Positions 1-13,874 of a stretch of 64,000 nucleotides of DNA are shown in pieces (the first letter of the stretch is position 1; every line of letters begins with the position of its first letter). The translations under genes and the position numbers were made by a program. The stretch spans positions 53,196,001 through 53,260,000 of the forward strand of contig OZ024745.1 of assembly GCA_964016885.1 (NCBI GenBank), written 5' to 3'. The DNA comes from Eledone cirrhosa. Taxonomy: Eukaryota. Under the pieces are notes generated by a model. It saw only the letters and a program-made list of their open reading frames with translations, did not search any database and was not told the origin of the DNA.

Positions 1-959
1 TTCCTCATTGGCATGACTTTATGTCATAATTTTATTTTATTTTGATGGAATCTTCAAATTTTAAAAAATGTTGAGACTCCTAGAAATACCACATTATATA
101 AATGGTGTTATATTTTGTTTTGATGTATCAATATTTACCATTTTATATCACTGTCAAATGAAAAAATATCGTTAATAACGTTAATATCCATATAGATTAT
201 GATTTTCAATATGAATTCAAATCATAGTTTAGAGTAAAGAGTAATTTGCGAATATATTTGAAGATGTTAAAAGGATTAGCTTATGTCTTCGATTTCATTA
301 TAGATTTAAATTTGATTAAATTGTGATACACGAAATTGTATAATTATCCTACATCTTTTTATGATGTTTACCAAGTAGTTCCGAAGTTAAGCGTGTTTAA
401 TGCGTAACACTCGCAATCAGAATAATATGATAGCTTTTATCAATTATTGTATTATTTCTTTGCGTATATTTTAGAATAAATTTTCGTGTGATGTTTCCTG
501 GTGTATTGTAAATAGTTCATAGTGTTGAGCTTTTCATATGTTTATATCAAGTTTGTCTTCTGTTAATATCGTTTTAGAATACATTGTGCTGTAGTGAATT
601 ATGGATTATATTGTTGATGTATTCTACTCTGTCGAGGCCATGTGTTGTGATTTGTTATAAGATGGATTGTTACATTTTATTATTCAATTGACCTAATATC
701 TTTGTTTCTATATATCTTCATAAATTCTTCTGTCCATATAGGTCAACTGTTTTCTTAAAATATCCCTTCCTACAGTTCATATTATTGTTACTTTATATTT
801 ATGAAATAAAAATATCCCTTGCTTTCAACAGTTAGCAATGAGACAAGAGCCACATATTGTTACATAACCCTTGTATCGATCGTCTTCGTTATATTAGGAT
901 TTTAGAATTGTCTCACACCCCTCCAATCATATAGCACAATGTGCCATTAGGAGCTGTAG

Positions 960-1200
960 AAAAAATAAAATACTGAAAAGCAATATCAGTAGTAGGAACA
1001 TATTCCTCATGAATCCTGGAAGTGAAAAAGATCAATACGTATGCAGGCCCCGCAGGCGCTATTAGAACTGAGCATCATATAGTCTTGGGATCAAAACTGA
1101 GCATCAAAAGTCTTGGGATCCCTGATTTCATAGGCAGCGCTCAAATTTCTACCATCACTAGGACTAGCAGAATCCTGCGTAATATATTGAGCCTTTGACA
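960..1200 (+). pseudogene. Decayed extreme C-terminus of a restriction-like-endonuclease (R4/NeSL-type) non-LTR element
   Basis: The segment near 1142-1198 reads QISTITRTSRILRNILSL*, resembling the '...GTARILRKVL*' ending of REL-type LINE ORFs. It is heavily degraded. Confidence 0.35.
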
Positions 1201-1299
1201 TCAGGGACTGATCTGAGGCCAATTATTACTCTTCACATAGCAACCTATTGCTGGAGAACCATTAGAAAGAAATTATTGTTGTTGTTATTATTTTTATTG

Positions 1300-2500
1300 T
1301 GATTTTTTCAAAATGTGTGTGACTTTTTATTGCATTCCCATGTATACCTTAGAATTACTTAGGTGCATGCATCATTGTCGCTTTTGGATGGAGATTTCAG
1401 TTTCGGTTGCCTTTTTGCTTGTTGTTTTGTGTGCAATATTAATATTTCTGCTGTTGCGTATTCTATATGCAATTTGGTTTTCTTTATTTTGTTGGACTAT
1501 GAATGTGTTTCCGATGGGTTGTATAATTGATATTATGTATCTCAGTGACAGATGCTGATTCGGTATATTATGTGATGTTTTGTTTGTGAAGCATTATGTT
1601 TGCAACTCTATAGGATGCGTGTTATGTAGTTTATTGTTATAATAGAACGTAATTCATTCGTATTGCAGCTACTTCAGAATCTAGGATTGAGCAATATTAT
1701 TAAATACCTTCAGACAGTTTTGATGTAAGGGCTTTATTTGCTGCTAGGTAACACGATATAGGCCTATAGTTTTGAGTACTTGTATTTTTTGTATTTTGGC
1801 TCCTTCAGTAAAAACCAAGTATTGATTTTCGTCTGCTTATCACTCCATTAAATGCTTCTTCTATATGCCCATGAATACTGGTCAGATGCTTTCCAATTAC
1901 ATGCAATTCCCAATGCTTTAGTGAATTTCTTGTCGGTTTGAGGAACGATGTTGGCAATGCTATTATGCCTTTTTTTTCTTTCCTTCTGATCCTATGTGAA
2001 TTTTTATAGTGTTGATTGTATTTGCTCCACACTGCCCTCCAGTATGTGGGAAATTCCATTGGTTCAAGTATGTATTCTACCGTTTGATTTTATTATTTGT
2101 TTTTTGTTAATGTCCCTATAGAATCAATTGTTATTTTAATTAAATTCTTTATTTTCTGGAGAACGTTCACTTTTTTCAAAAGGCTTTATTCTGCATGTGC
2201 TTACTGATATAATATGGTTGAGTTTTTGTTTGTTTTCAGAATGCCTTCCTTTATATTGGACGTGTTATTCTGGTTCTTTATCCATTTTCATTATGGAATC
2301 CTGCATTTTCTATTTTACAATCTGGGAATAAATCTTTCCATTTGTTTTCAATTTAAAGTGTATTTTCTTTCCATTTTGGGGTTGAGTGAGAATTTATTTC
2401 TATTACGATCAAACCTGCTTTCCTTCGATAGAGCCACAACAATATTTCAGCAGTTTATTGCCATAGAATTAGTTTATTACAAGAACCTTATTTGTTTATA
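1300..2500 (-). pseudogene. Highly decayed non-LTR reverse transcriptase fragment
   Basis: The minus strand near 1745-1775 reads NYRPISCY (the NYRPI RT motif), within an A-rich minus strand typical of such ORFs. Boundaries are approximate. Confidence 0.35.
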
Positions 2501-2619
2501 CTTTAAAAGAAGCTTGTTTTTTTGTTTATTTACTTATTCAATTATCTCTTATTTAGTTAGTTTTATCACACTAATTTTAGATGTGATAACCATTACCAAA
2601 ATCAGGATTTCCGAGATGC

Positions 2620-2712
2620 CAGCATTCACTTCATGCTTTATGGGGTCGATAAAATGAAGTCCCAGTAATACACTGGGTAATTGCTGGCCTTGTGCCAAAA
2701 GTAGAAACAATT
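2620..2712 (+). mobile_element. 3' part of tRNA-derived SINE family A
   Basis: GGGGTCGATAAAATGAAGTCCCAGT...GCTGGCCTTGTGCCAAAAGTAGAAAC matches the copies at 11.2, 17.5 and 24.2 kb. Confidence 0.8.
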
Positions 2713-3975
2713 TTTTTTTTTTTTTTTTTTTTTTTTGCTCCTTCTTGAAATAGAGATAACCCTCCTTGACCAAGCTATTAAATCTCTGGTCCTAAATATG
2801 AACAGTAGCGACAGTTAAGTCTTGAAATCATTGTGTATTTTTTTAGGTCTTTTTTTGTTTTTGTTTTTTTGCAACATATTCCCTGGAAAGAAACAATGCA
2901 GGTATTAATATGAAGAGTTACAATTAATGTATACAAGATTTCACAGCGCTAGGATCACTCCTTCAAATTCAGCCTATGAACATTTCAGTCGACCCTCGTA
3001 GGGCGAACCCGGCACTCAGACGAGTCACTCGTATGATACAGTAGTCCAAATGTCCTCAGGAATTGTATTTGGGAAAGGTAAAGATAAAGTACTCTATGTG
3101 TTTACTCTCCGTCTAATTTTGTATTGACGTTTTACGTCATCACAGATATGTACATACCGCGTGTTCTTTTTAAATATTTCGCCTAACAATGTTTTGTATG
3201 TATACATGAGTCACCTTGTATTCACCGTTAAAAAGTTGACATGCTAGGATTGGGGTCCCTATCTTAAAAAATCCACGCCAATTTCTCTGGGTTTCCCCCT
3301 CGTGGAAGGTCAGAGAAACCACCGACATGCCAGCCGAATCAAGAAACACAATAACCTGTAGCCTATGAAGAATGCATTAGTATTGTAGTTGTTACTATTG
3401 GTGTCTTTGTCGTTGTGATTGATAATACTATATATATTTTTTTAATCGGTTTTCGGTCTCTAAATCTCACTTATCAAACGTGTATTATTTTTCCTGATTC
3501 CGCTGCAATGATAACCTCATTTTTTTCTTTCTGATATCTTGTAGGATTTTATTCGTTTATTGAACCCATATAACATATTACTTGACTTTTCATGAATGCA
3601 ATTTACAATCCTTCATACATATGACATGTTTTATAGGCTCTCAGTAGAATTTGTTATCCAAGAAAGATTTGGTTCAGGAGATTTCGTTAAGACAGCTAGA
3701 GTTTAGTTGAAGTATATATTCTGAAGGAGACTAACAAATGAAATTCTTCTTTATACGATTATGATTATCTGTTATTGTTATTTGTTTTTCTCTTCCTGGC
3801 AGTATATAATGTTTCTTTCTCTCTTTTGCTTTGTTGACATTCTGTCTTAACATTAGGTCGTTGTGTGATATCCTGTCCAAACCATATTTAATAGCCAGCG
3901 CTTGACATGCATACGTGTCGTTACGGACCAACGATTTCATCATTTTTTTCCTGTTTCTAATCTTCTTTCCTATAA

Positions 3976-4076
<101 letters not shown>

Positions 4077-4685
4077 AACAGACACATATACACGCTTGTG
4101 CATATATATATATATACACACAAAATGTATGTTGTTCAGTAACTTTCTTCATCACTAGAGGCTGCATTATTATGCGCATTCGGTGCAATAGCAGAGCGTG
4201 TATATTATATATGAGAGAAATATGTTTCACTATAAAATGGTTTTATTGCATACTGAACGTTACATATGTATCATAGGTGATGGGCTCTAGGACGTTATCG
4301 ATATCATAAACCTGAATTCAATATCCATCAGACGTGTGTAGTCAATCTAAATAAAAATGTCAAATATGTTTTGATTGAGTACACCCGTCTTATGAGCAAA
4401 TCCATATTTCTTCCTCTGTCGTATGATATCGATAATTTAATCATGTTTATCATATCTATCATATCGATAATGTTCTAGAGCCAATCAACTGTGAAACATA
4501 TATAACTTTTGATATGGTATTCAAACATTTTAAAGTATAACTTAGTCCTCTCATCCTCTCATCACATATATTCGTATATATATATATATATATATTATAT
4601 ATACACACGGACACACGCACACACACACACGTACAAACAAACACACTCATATATATATATATTTATATATATACGCACACACGCT

Positions 4686-4731
<46 letters not shown>

Positions 4732-4978
4732 ATTTTTTATAATCTCATATATGAAAAAACGTTCAGTCATCTTGGTGTGCTAGAAGATAACTAAACGAGC
4801 AGATATAAAATTCTCCTGTCCTACGCTGATTGAACTTTTAAACCTCACGTAGCAAGCATTTGTGTTCCAATCTGATTCATATGATATATCTTAGCTCTGT
4901 AAATTACATACAGCGCTTTCTTTCCTTCATCTATTCGTCGGAAACAGTTGACACTAAACACACACGCACGCACGCGCG

Positions 4979-5071
<93 letters not shown>

Positions 5072-5962
5072 TTCCTATAAATTCTGATTGATTTTACAAA
5101 CTTCAGTAAGCTTTGTGTTGTTCCTTCTTTAATGAATAATAAGATGTAAGCAACATAAAATAAAACTGTCACCCTTACGAATTGAAACATGATTATATAA
5201 TTCCGTCTCTTCTAAAACTACAACTAATCTATTGTTATAGTTACAGTGTCCATATCAAAAAAACCATGGTATATTTTCTATGCGAATGTAAATTTGTGTG
5301 TGACTATATATATGTTTATGTGTGTATATGTGTCTGTGTGTCTGCCCACTGTTTACAAAAGTTAATCTTAAGTAGGCTGGGAAGTGAATGTTATTTTCAA
5401 ACGGCAATATTGGTTCGAAAAGAGAGCAAGGGAGAAGAATTACAGAAAAAAGCAAATAGATCGAGTGACTGTTGAAAAGGTCCCCCCCCCCCCTTGTTCG
5501 TTTGACCTGAATGACATCAAAGATAAAATAGATGGTGGGCTTATGAACATGTGCCAGACGTTGCTACTGTGGTATTTTGTGACATTCTGGTCTTCCTATA
5601 ACTGCTGTAAAATATGTAAAATATGCTGGGGCTTCCTTTGTATTAACGACACAATATACTGTGATAATATTTCTATATAACTGCAATTTTCCAGTGGAAT
5701 GAATAAAGTAAATGGAAGTCATTTTATTGTATTTCTAAACACATTTTCACAGACAAAGTGACAGACAATGTTTGCATAGAGACGCCAGAGCTAAGACATT
5801 TCAGGTATACAGTAAATAACATCTAAAGCTTTCTGGGACATCATAGCTTTCATTACTATAAAACAATATATTACATGAGACGGAATCTAATTTTAGGAAG
5901 ATAACAAACCCACATATGTATAACAAACCCACATATATATAAGATATATAAATAAATGATTA

Positions 5963-6016
<54 letters not shown>

Positions 6017-7377
6017 AATGTGAGTGTGTGTGTGAGTCTCAATAGATAATCGCTGCAATGTTTCTGGAAAAAATGGGCATTTACATCACCACTGCATGTC
6101 AAGCAGAGTATACAACATAACAGTAAAAGTGCATCCGTTTACCAACCTTATTGATTAACAAATATGTATGTAGAAACCCTGTAGAAACCCAAATAAGTCA
6201 TCTCCGAAAGGCAGCATCTAAATATTGCCGTCGCCAGTTCCTTAAACTATCAACTAAAAACACCATACATAGTGAGCGTTTGTGTGTGTCTGTTTGAGCC
6301 TGTGTGTACGAGTATTTCAGTGTGTGCATGTATAATGTATGTATGTACTTATTTGTTTATGAACATACGATGAATAAATACCTTAGATCATTTTAAAATA
6401 TTTTTTCTACTTATCGTATATAATGGAAGTAAAGGCAGAAAAGATTTTGTTACAGTAGAATAATATAACGAGCCATGGATCTATTTCATTACAATATGCA
6501 TGAAACCATGTCTCTTAATGTAAAGAATGTCTTCAGCTTGTGAAACGAAAACAGAAATTGCATTGAAATGTGACCAGCTTATTTATTTGGCCATAAATAT
6601 AATTTTTCGATGACATACCATGGAAATCATTTCATTTAATTTTATTAACCTAGTATCAATTTCTCTTCGCTACGTACCCACGGCTTTTTTCTTTATCTGC
6701 AGAGAATACATATTCTTCTACTTTTCAATTTCAGTTACGCAGCATATCAGGTGTTGGTATCAAGATATCAGTAGTTTTTATCTTTCCCATCTACCTTTCT
6801 CCATTTCTGAAAGAAACTGGCGCTATGAAGAGAATTCTCCATTCTTCCGCAGTTGCAATTTTGGAGATTCCAAGATGAGAGATGGAGACATAGAATTAAT
6901 AGATTCCAAGATGAGAGATGGAGACATACAGACATAGAATTAATGATCGAAATCTACCAAAGTATATATATTTTACTTCATTTGTCGACCGCAGATGGAT
7001 TACAAAGTTAACAGTACTGGATTTGAACTGGTAACGCTAAAAGCAATGTATTTTATACAAGGTTTTTATAGACTTTGACAATTACAGATAAATTTCGTAC
7101 GTTACCAGGCGAAACCTATAAGATAATTAGTAGTAGATATTTAATCCATTTCTTTGTTCCCTTCCTCTCTATCGCTCTCATATAGCAAACATAGTACTGC
7201 TCTTCACTCTTTCTCATCCCAATTCGACGAAATAACTAGCGATCATACACTCTGTTCGAATATAGCACTATATTCAAACCAATTACAATAATCTCCTTCT
7301 GACATAGTTTTATTGAATAATGCACGTCTGAATATATATTGCACGATGTTGAATGCTCATTAAACATTACAGCAAAC

Positions 7378-7435
<58 letters not shown>

Positions 7436-7739
7436 GGGGAGAGAAAGAGAGAGAAAGATGTGTGTGTGTGTGTATGCGTGTATATATGAGTGTATGTGGG
7501 TGTGGCACGTGTTCTGTGGGTGTACACAGTTATGTATTGTGTTTTACGTAGAGCACATTACCTTAGATTTTCTTTTCTTATTCGAAATATTTATTATATG
7601 CACAATGTCCACAGACGCATACACTGACTTACAGACGCACGTACACAAACAAGGGCACGTACGCACGCCCACACACATATGTGTGTATATACATATATGT
7701 GGTTACATGCGAGCTATACACAATTAATACACTTATACA

Positions 7740-8508
<769 letters not shown>

Positions 8509-9474
8509 TTCTATGTGTATTGCATACAATTAATATTGATATATTGATCTTTGAATATTATATATTTTCCTAACATGATTTGCGACTGGATGCAGACAGT
8601 ATATATTAGTCTTGCATTTAACGTAAAATTTCAAAAGAAATAGAATAAATATAATTGTAAGTAAAGTTAAATGGAAGTGATAATGGAAGATGCAAATTCC
8701 AATATTTATTTATTTATTGGAAATGGGGGGAAAAAAAAACATAACGTGAAATATAAAGTGTTATATAATATTTTTCAACAAATCCCATGTGTGTATGTGT
8801 GTGTGATTGTCGGAATCAGCACTATGGAGGGTTCTTGTAATGTTTACACATTTTAGTGCCTTCTTGTGTATCAAACTGAAACGACTTTGATGCCAGTGTC
8901 CGTATCTGGGATGACGCCACCAGACCTTTTGTTTATCTTTCAAAGCAAAGAAAATATTTGTGATTGAAAGATCATTCATTATGCAGAACTATCAGAATCC
9001 CTGTCCATTCTCGTTCAACCTCCCAATTCCCTGATGTTTATGACTCATCAACCAGCAAGAGTGATTAGTTCCTATCCCACATAATATAAAGAGTTTCCTT
9101 TCTATTCATGGCACGAAATGCCGCTGCTAGTGCGTCGGAGAATATATTCTTATCTGGGTATATGCATCAGTTATGGAGTAATATGTACTGATGAAATTAA
9201 TAATATATTGGATTATTCGGAGACAGAGCCTCATAATACGCTCTGAAATGTCCGTTGCTGAGGTGACTGAGTGGATTAGCGAGGATCAATAGAGTTGATC
9301 TTAATCAGAGTTTAGGTCTTTCAACACGAAGGTTAAACTTTTCTCCTTACGAGTGCCAATGTCTGGAATTCGAGCCTCCTGTTGAGTAACAATACGGAAA
9401 TTCAGTGTTAATTATTCCTTTACTATATATAATTGCCGTTTTTCTCATCTGCTCCCCAAGCATGTATATATATT

Positions 9475-9696
<222 letters not shown>

Positions 9697-9707
9697 TGCG
9701 TGCGTGT

Positions 9708-10215
9708 ATTCTTCTTCTACACATCCATTACCGTTACCATGACGGAGTTCCTCCTCCAGCTCATGTTGCCCAGCATTGTCATCTGAAGTTCCTTTACCTC
9801 TAGCCCATTCTCATCTTCAAAAACATTCTTCAGTGTGATGTTTTGTCTCCCAATTTCTCTTTATAGATTTGGTTTCCAGAGAAGAACTTAGCCCGCAGCT
9901 TCATTATGACGTTTCACATGCCCTGCAATCGTCCGTCGCCTGTGATCTCAGAAAGGCAAGGTTGTGAAACGTTGAGCTATCTTATTGCTACGATTGTTTT
10001 CCAGGAGATGTTCTGTACCTTTCTCAGAATTCGCGCGTATGTGCCATTTCTTTCAGTGAGTGCTTTTGTTAAAGTCCATGATTAGAATGGTCGCAATCGT
10101 TGCTTTGAATATCCTCATTTCCGTTGTTTTCTTGGACGGAGAGAACCACATCTTCAGTAGGGAGTTGATAGACCAGCATGCCTTGCCTATTCTGGTGTCC
10201 ACAGCTTGTTCTATG
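9708..10215 (-). mobile_element. Decayed 3' end of an RTE-type LINE
   Basis: The minus strand carries remnants resembling the RTE C-terminal 'NISW...AGH' region and ends in a short (GAA)n-like tail near 9709-9718. Confidence 0.5.
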
Positions 10216-10244
10216 TTCACGTATATATATATATATATATATAT

Positions 10245-10460
10245 GCTAAAAGTTCTATTTAAAATTGTTGGGATACAATAAGTAAATATTTTTATAACTG
10301 ATATAAAGCACTCGACAAATATTTGGAGTAGATATACGATATTAATAAATGGAAACTATATTTATAAAACCATATTTATTTCATTATACATATTTCAGGG
10401 ATACCAAATTAAATTATGGTATGCCTTCATCAGACAAAGTACAATATATAACAGTTTTAC
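10245..10460 (-). mobile_element. PLE pseudo-LTR fragment with hammerhead motif (same family as 41105-41530)
   Basis: Aligns with 41105-41310. The minus strand reads CTGATGA-aggcatacc...ggtatccct-GAAA-tatgta-TA at about 10378-10440. Confidence 0.75.
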
Positions 10461-10579
10461 AAATAAGCTTTGACGTACCCTTTTAAAATGCGACCATTAA
10501 ATAATGCATATATATATATACACATATATATACTATGGAATGGTGTTCGCTTTTCGCTGCAGTGTTTTCTATACCTTTC

Positions 10580-10644
<65 letters not shown>

Positions 10645-10746
10645 TATATATATACACACATATATATATATGTATGATGTATATATATATATGATATATA
10701 TGTGTGTATGTGTGTGCATGTGTGTGTGTGTCTGTATATATATATA

Positions 10747-10844
<98 letters not shown>

Positions 10845-11197
10845 ATACATAACATTATTTTACTAATTGAGATTATTAAAAGCATTATTTAGTTTGACAC
10901 ACCATATTCTATGAAATGTCTAGTGCAAATATTCTTAGGAGATAGATATCACTTGCGGCAAAGTTAAAAGTATTTCGCCACTGAAATGGTTTAGGCTTGA
11001 CAACAGTGCATATATTATTTATATTATATTACACACACGCACTGTGTCTGTGTGTGTCTGTGCGTGCGCGCGTGATTGTGTATATATCTGTGTGTATATG
11101 TATGTGTAATGGACCAATGTATTTCTTGTTTTCTTTCATGTGCGTGCCTATATTGAAATATTTGAAAGTTTCGTGTGAAAACGAATCATTTAATCAT

Positions 11198-11392
11198 AAT
11201 TGTTTCTACTTTGGGCACAGGGCCAGCAATTATTCCAGTGTATTACTGGTACTTTATTTTATCGAGCCCGTAAGGATGAAAAGCAAAGTTAACCTCGGTG
11301 GGATTTGAACTCAGACCATAAAGGGCCGTAACTCTTTGCTGCAAAGCATGGTGTCAGACCCTCTGCTGATACTGCCAATCCACCACCCTTTG
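11198..11392 (-). mobile_element. tRNA-derived SINE family A, near full length
   Basis: The reverse complement shows an A-box-like head, a B-box GAGTTCAAATCC, the GC(T)TTTCATCCTTACGGG(C)TCGATAAAAATAAAGTACCAGT core and a GCTGGCCCTGTGCC 3' end. Confidence 0.85.
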
Positions 11393-12799
11393 TTATTTAA
11401 TAATAATGATTAAGCAAACCTTACCTCGGCACAACTGTTCAGAGGTTTCTTCAATAATTGCTTTTGAATGAATGTGTGTATTTGTTTGCTGTCGTTGTTC
11501 AGCATATGCTCCTGTCGTGCAGATATATATAATACATGGGGCGGGTTAAATCCTGACCATTCTTTAAATATTTTCCGTGAAGAGGAACTGAAACAGAAGC
11601 TAGCAAGTGAAACGACCCATTCTGTCTCTCTCTGGAGTTAGTTACTGTTACTGTTGCACTCCTAACCAGTATACCTTCAATGTTTCATGCTGATTTAATA
11701 GATTAATAGATTCTCATCTCGTCAACCTTATGAACTGAGGGTTCATTTATTTTCAATTAAGTCATGCAACGAAAAGACAATCCCTAGAACTTCCATCACA
11801 TGAAAATGAGGGTTAAATAATTTGGCTTCTGTATTTTTATATCTTATTTCTTTTCTTTATGTATTTCTTCTCTTTTTTTAACTACTGATCAACGTCTGGG
11901 TTATTTTTATTCATAATTGGTTTTAAGTTTTGATAGTTGAATAATTAGCTTTTCTATCATTTGCTAAATGAGAGTGACACTTAAAATTGCCACGTTAAAC
12001 ACACAAGTAATTTATAATCTAGAAAAAGAAAAGCATTGGTTATTATTAAATCAATATTTTTTCCAGATATTTTTACAACTTTTTTTATGGTTATTGTTTT
12101 TGTTGGCGTTGTTTTAATCTTTATTATTAACACAGTGGTTTTGCTGATACTAGACTGGCGCTGTAGTTTTTGGCGTACAATTTTTCTATTGTTTATTTTT
12201 TTGTGATGGGTTACCATCATTGTTTTTATTATAAAATATGCTAATTTCGTTGTCATCTTCTAGGAAGCGAAACACAGTAAGTTTAGGAAAATTGAAACTC
12301 TCGCCAATCGTTCCTTCAGAATAGTTTAAATTGAAAATCGTTAATAAAATTATTGATATTCTTGCTATATTCATAAGCTGATATAGATTTGATATTAACT
12401 GAAGGGTGGTCTGTTTTTCAAATTGATTTCTTTAATCAACTTCATATGTATTCTTATATATACCAATCACATAAATGTTCTTTTCTCACCATCTTTAATT
12501 TACCTTACCCAAGAACGTTATTCTATAAAATGTATCCAATCTTATAATGCATATAACTGCATAATTCCTGTATTTTATTTCTGATTAATATGTACAACAA
12601 TTATTGAAAGGATGAAAGTAAAATTGTCCTTTTTATATGCATCTATCTCAAGAGTATGTGAGGAGATGGAAAACAGTTAATTATACTCATACTCCTTTCT
12701 CGGATAACAGTATTATTTTAAAGCAGTGTAGAATTAAAACCAAAGCTGTTATTTTCATTTCTGCTGTTGTTGCCGCTGATATTTTCTTTCTATTGTATT

Positions 12800-13860
12800 G
12801 AAAATACTCTACATAATATGTGCGCTAGTAGTGTGTTTTCTCTGTTTATCATGCATGTTCTAAGTATTGAGGTTTTGTTATGTATTTGCTTACAGGTTTT
12901 CCTATTATTCCATAGATTACTATAGGGATTCTATTTGATTCCAACTCTTCACATTCGGTTAATTTCTATTTCCAGATACGTATATTTACAAACTTCTTTC
13001 CATTTTTTACCTTATCGACTGATGGGACTGAGACTTCAATTAATATGCATTCTCGTTCATGTTTCTTCTTAGAACTAATATCTGGTCGGTTAATCGCTTG
13101 GTCTCTCTGTTTGTATTTATCTGTATATGCAGGAATATGATCGCTTTTCACCTTCACAAATACCTTTTGTAATGTATGCTTATAGCACCTATTTTCTATT
13201 TGTATTTCGTAATGTTGGCTTACGTTCCGATATACGCAAGCTCTCTGTGGATGCTGGACAGTAATTGATCCAGAAGTTGTCAATTCAGCAACGGTATGAA
13301 TGATATTTATGTTAAATCATATATGGCCTTCTTTGCGTTTTTATTGCAACAAATGTTACTGGATCCATTTCCGTATTTTCTTTTTATCACAGATCTTGTT
13401 CCAGAACATTTTCACTGTTTTATAACTGGGTGGTTTGTTGATCAGTTCCGGGTAGAATGACTTTGTATTTCCGCTGAAAGTCTCGTTTTTCCTAAATAGT
13501 TTGTTCATCTTTACACATGTTTGCTAGAATCTGGTGCTTTAGTGTTATATTATCTGTTGTCATATAACTCTTCTGTTTGATGTGAAACTTCTATTTCTCT
13601 AATCATTTCCCTTTCTGTCTTTGAACGTGAAAAGGATTGCGACTTCACGAAAATGAAATAATTGTCCTATCGATATCCTGGGGTTCTTCACGATTTGTTT
13701 CCAATGAGATAGATTTGTTTCGTATTTTTTCTCTTGTTTTCTTTGTCTTATAATCTAATATATTCCTTATTGTTGACGTAGCCTCATGCATCAGCAGGTT
13801 ATTTGCTGTTAAATCCATGTTATGGTCGGTTTCGTTCAGCTGTCATATATGTCCTTCGAT
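12800..13860 (-). pseudogene. Decayed C-terminal REL endonuclease region of an R4/NeSL-like non-LTR retrotransposon
   Basis: ORF 12966-13283 contains NRPDI...CILIEVSVPS.D, the PD..(D/E) REL nuclease motif. IPIVI follows downstream. Many stops and frameshifts. Confidence 0.65.
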
Positions 13861-13874
13861 GTTGAGATCTTTCG

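Noticed and set aside
6864-6945. About 36-bp tandem duplication (AGATTCCAAGATGAGAGATGGAGACATA)
   Set aside because: An ordinary local duplication with no further structure.
9180-9240. CTGATGA motif on plus (a similarly weak case lies near 2930-2975 on minus)
   Set aside because: The downstream GAAA box or stems are missing; too degenerate to call.
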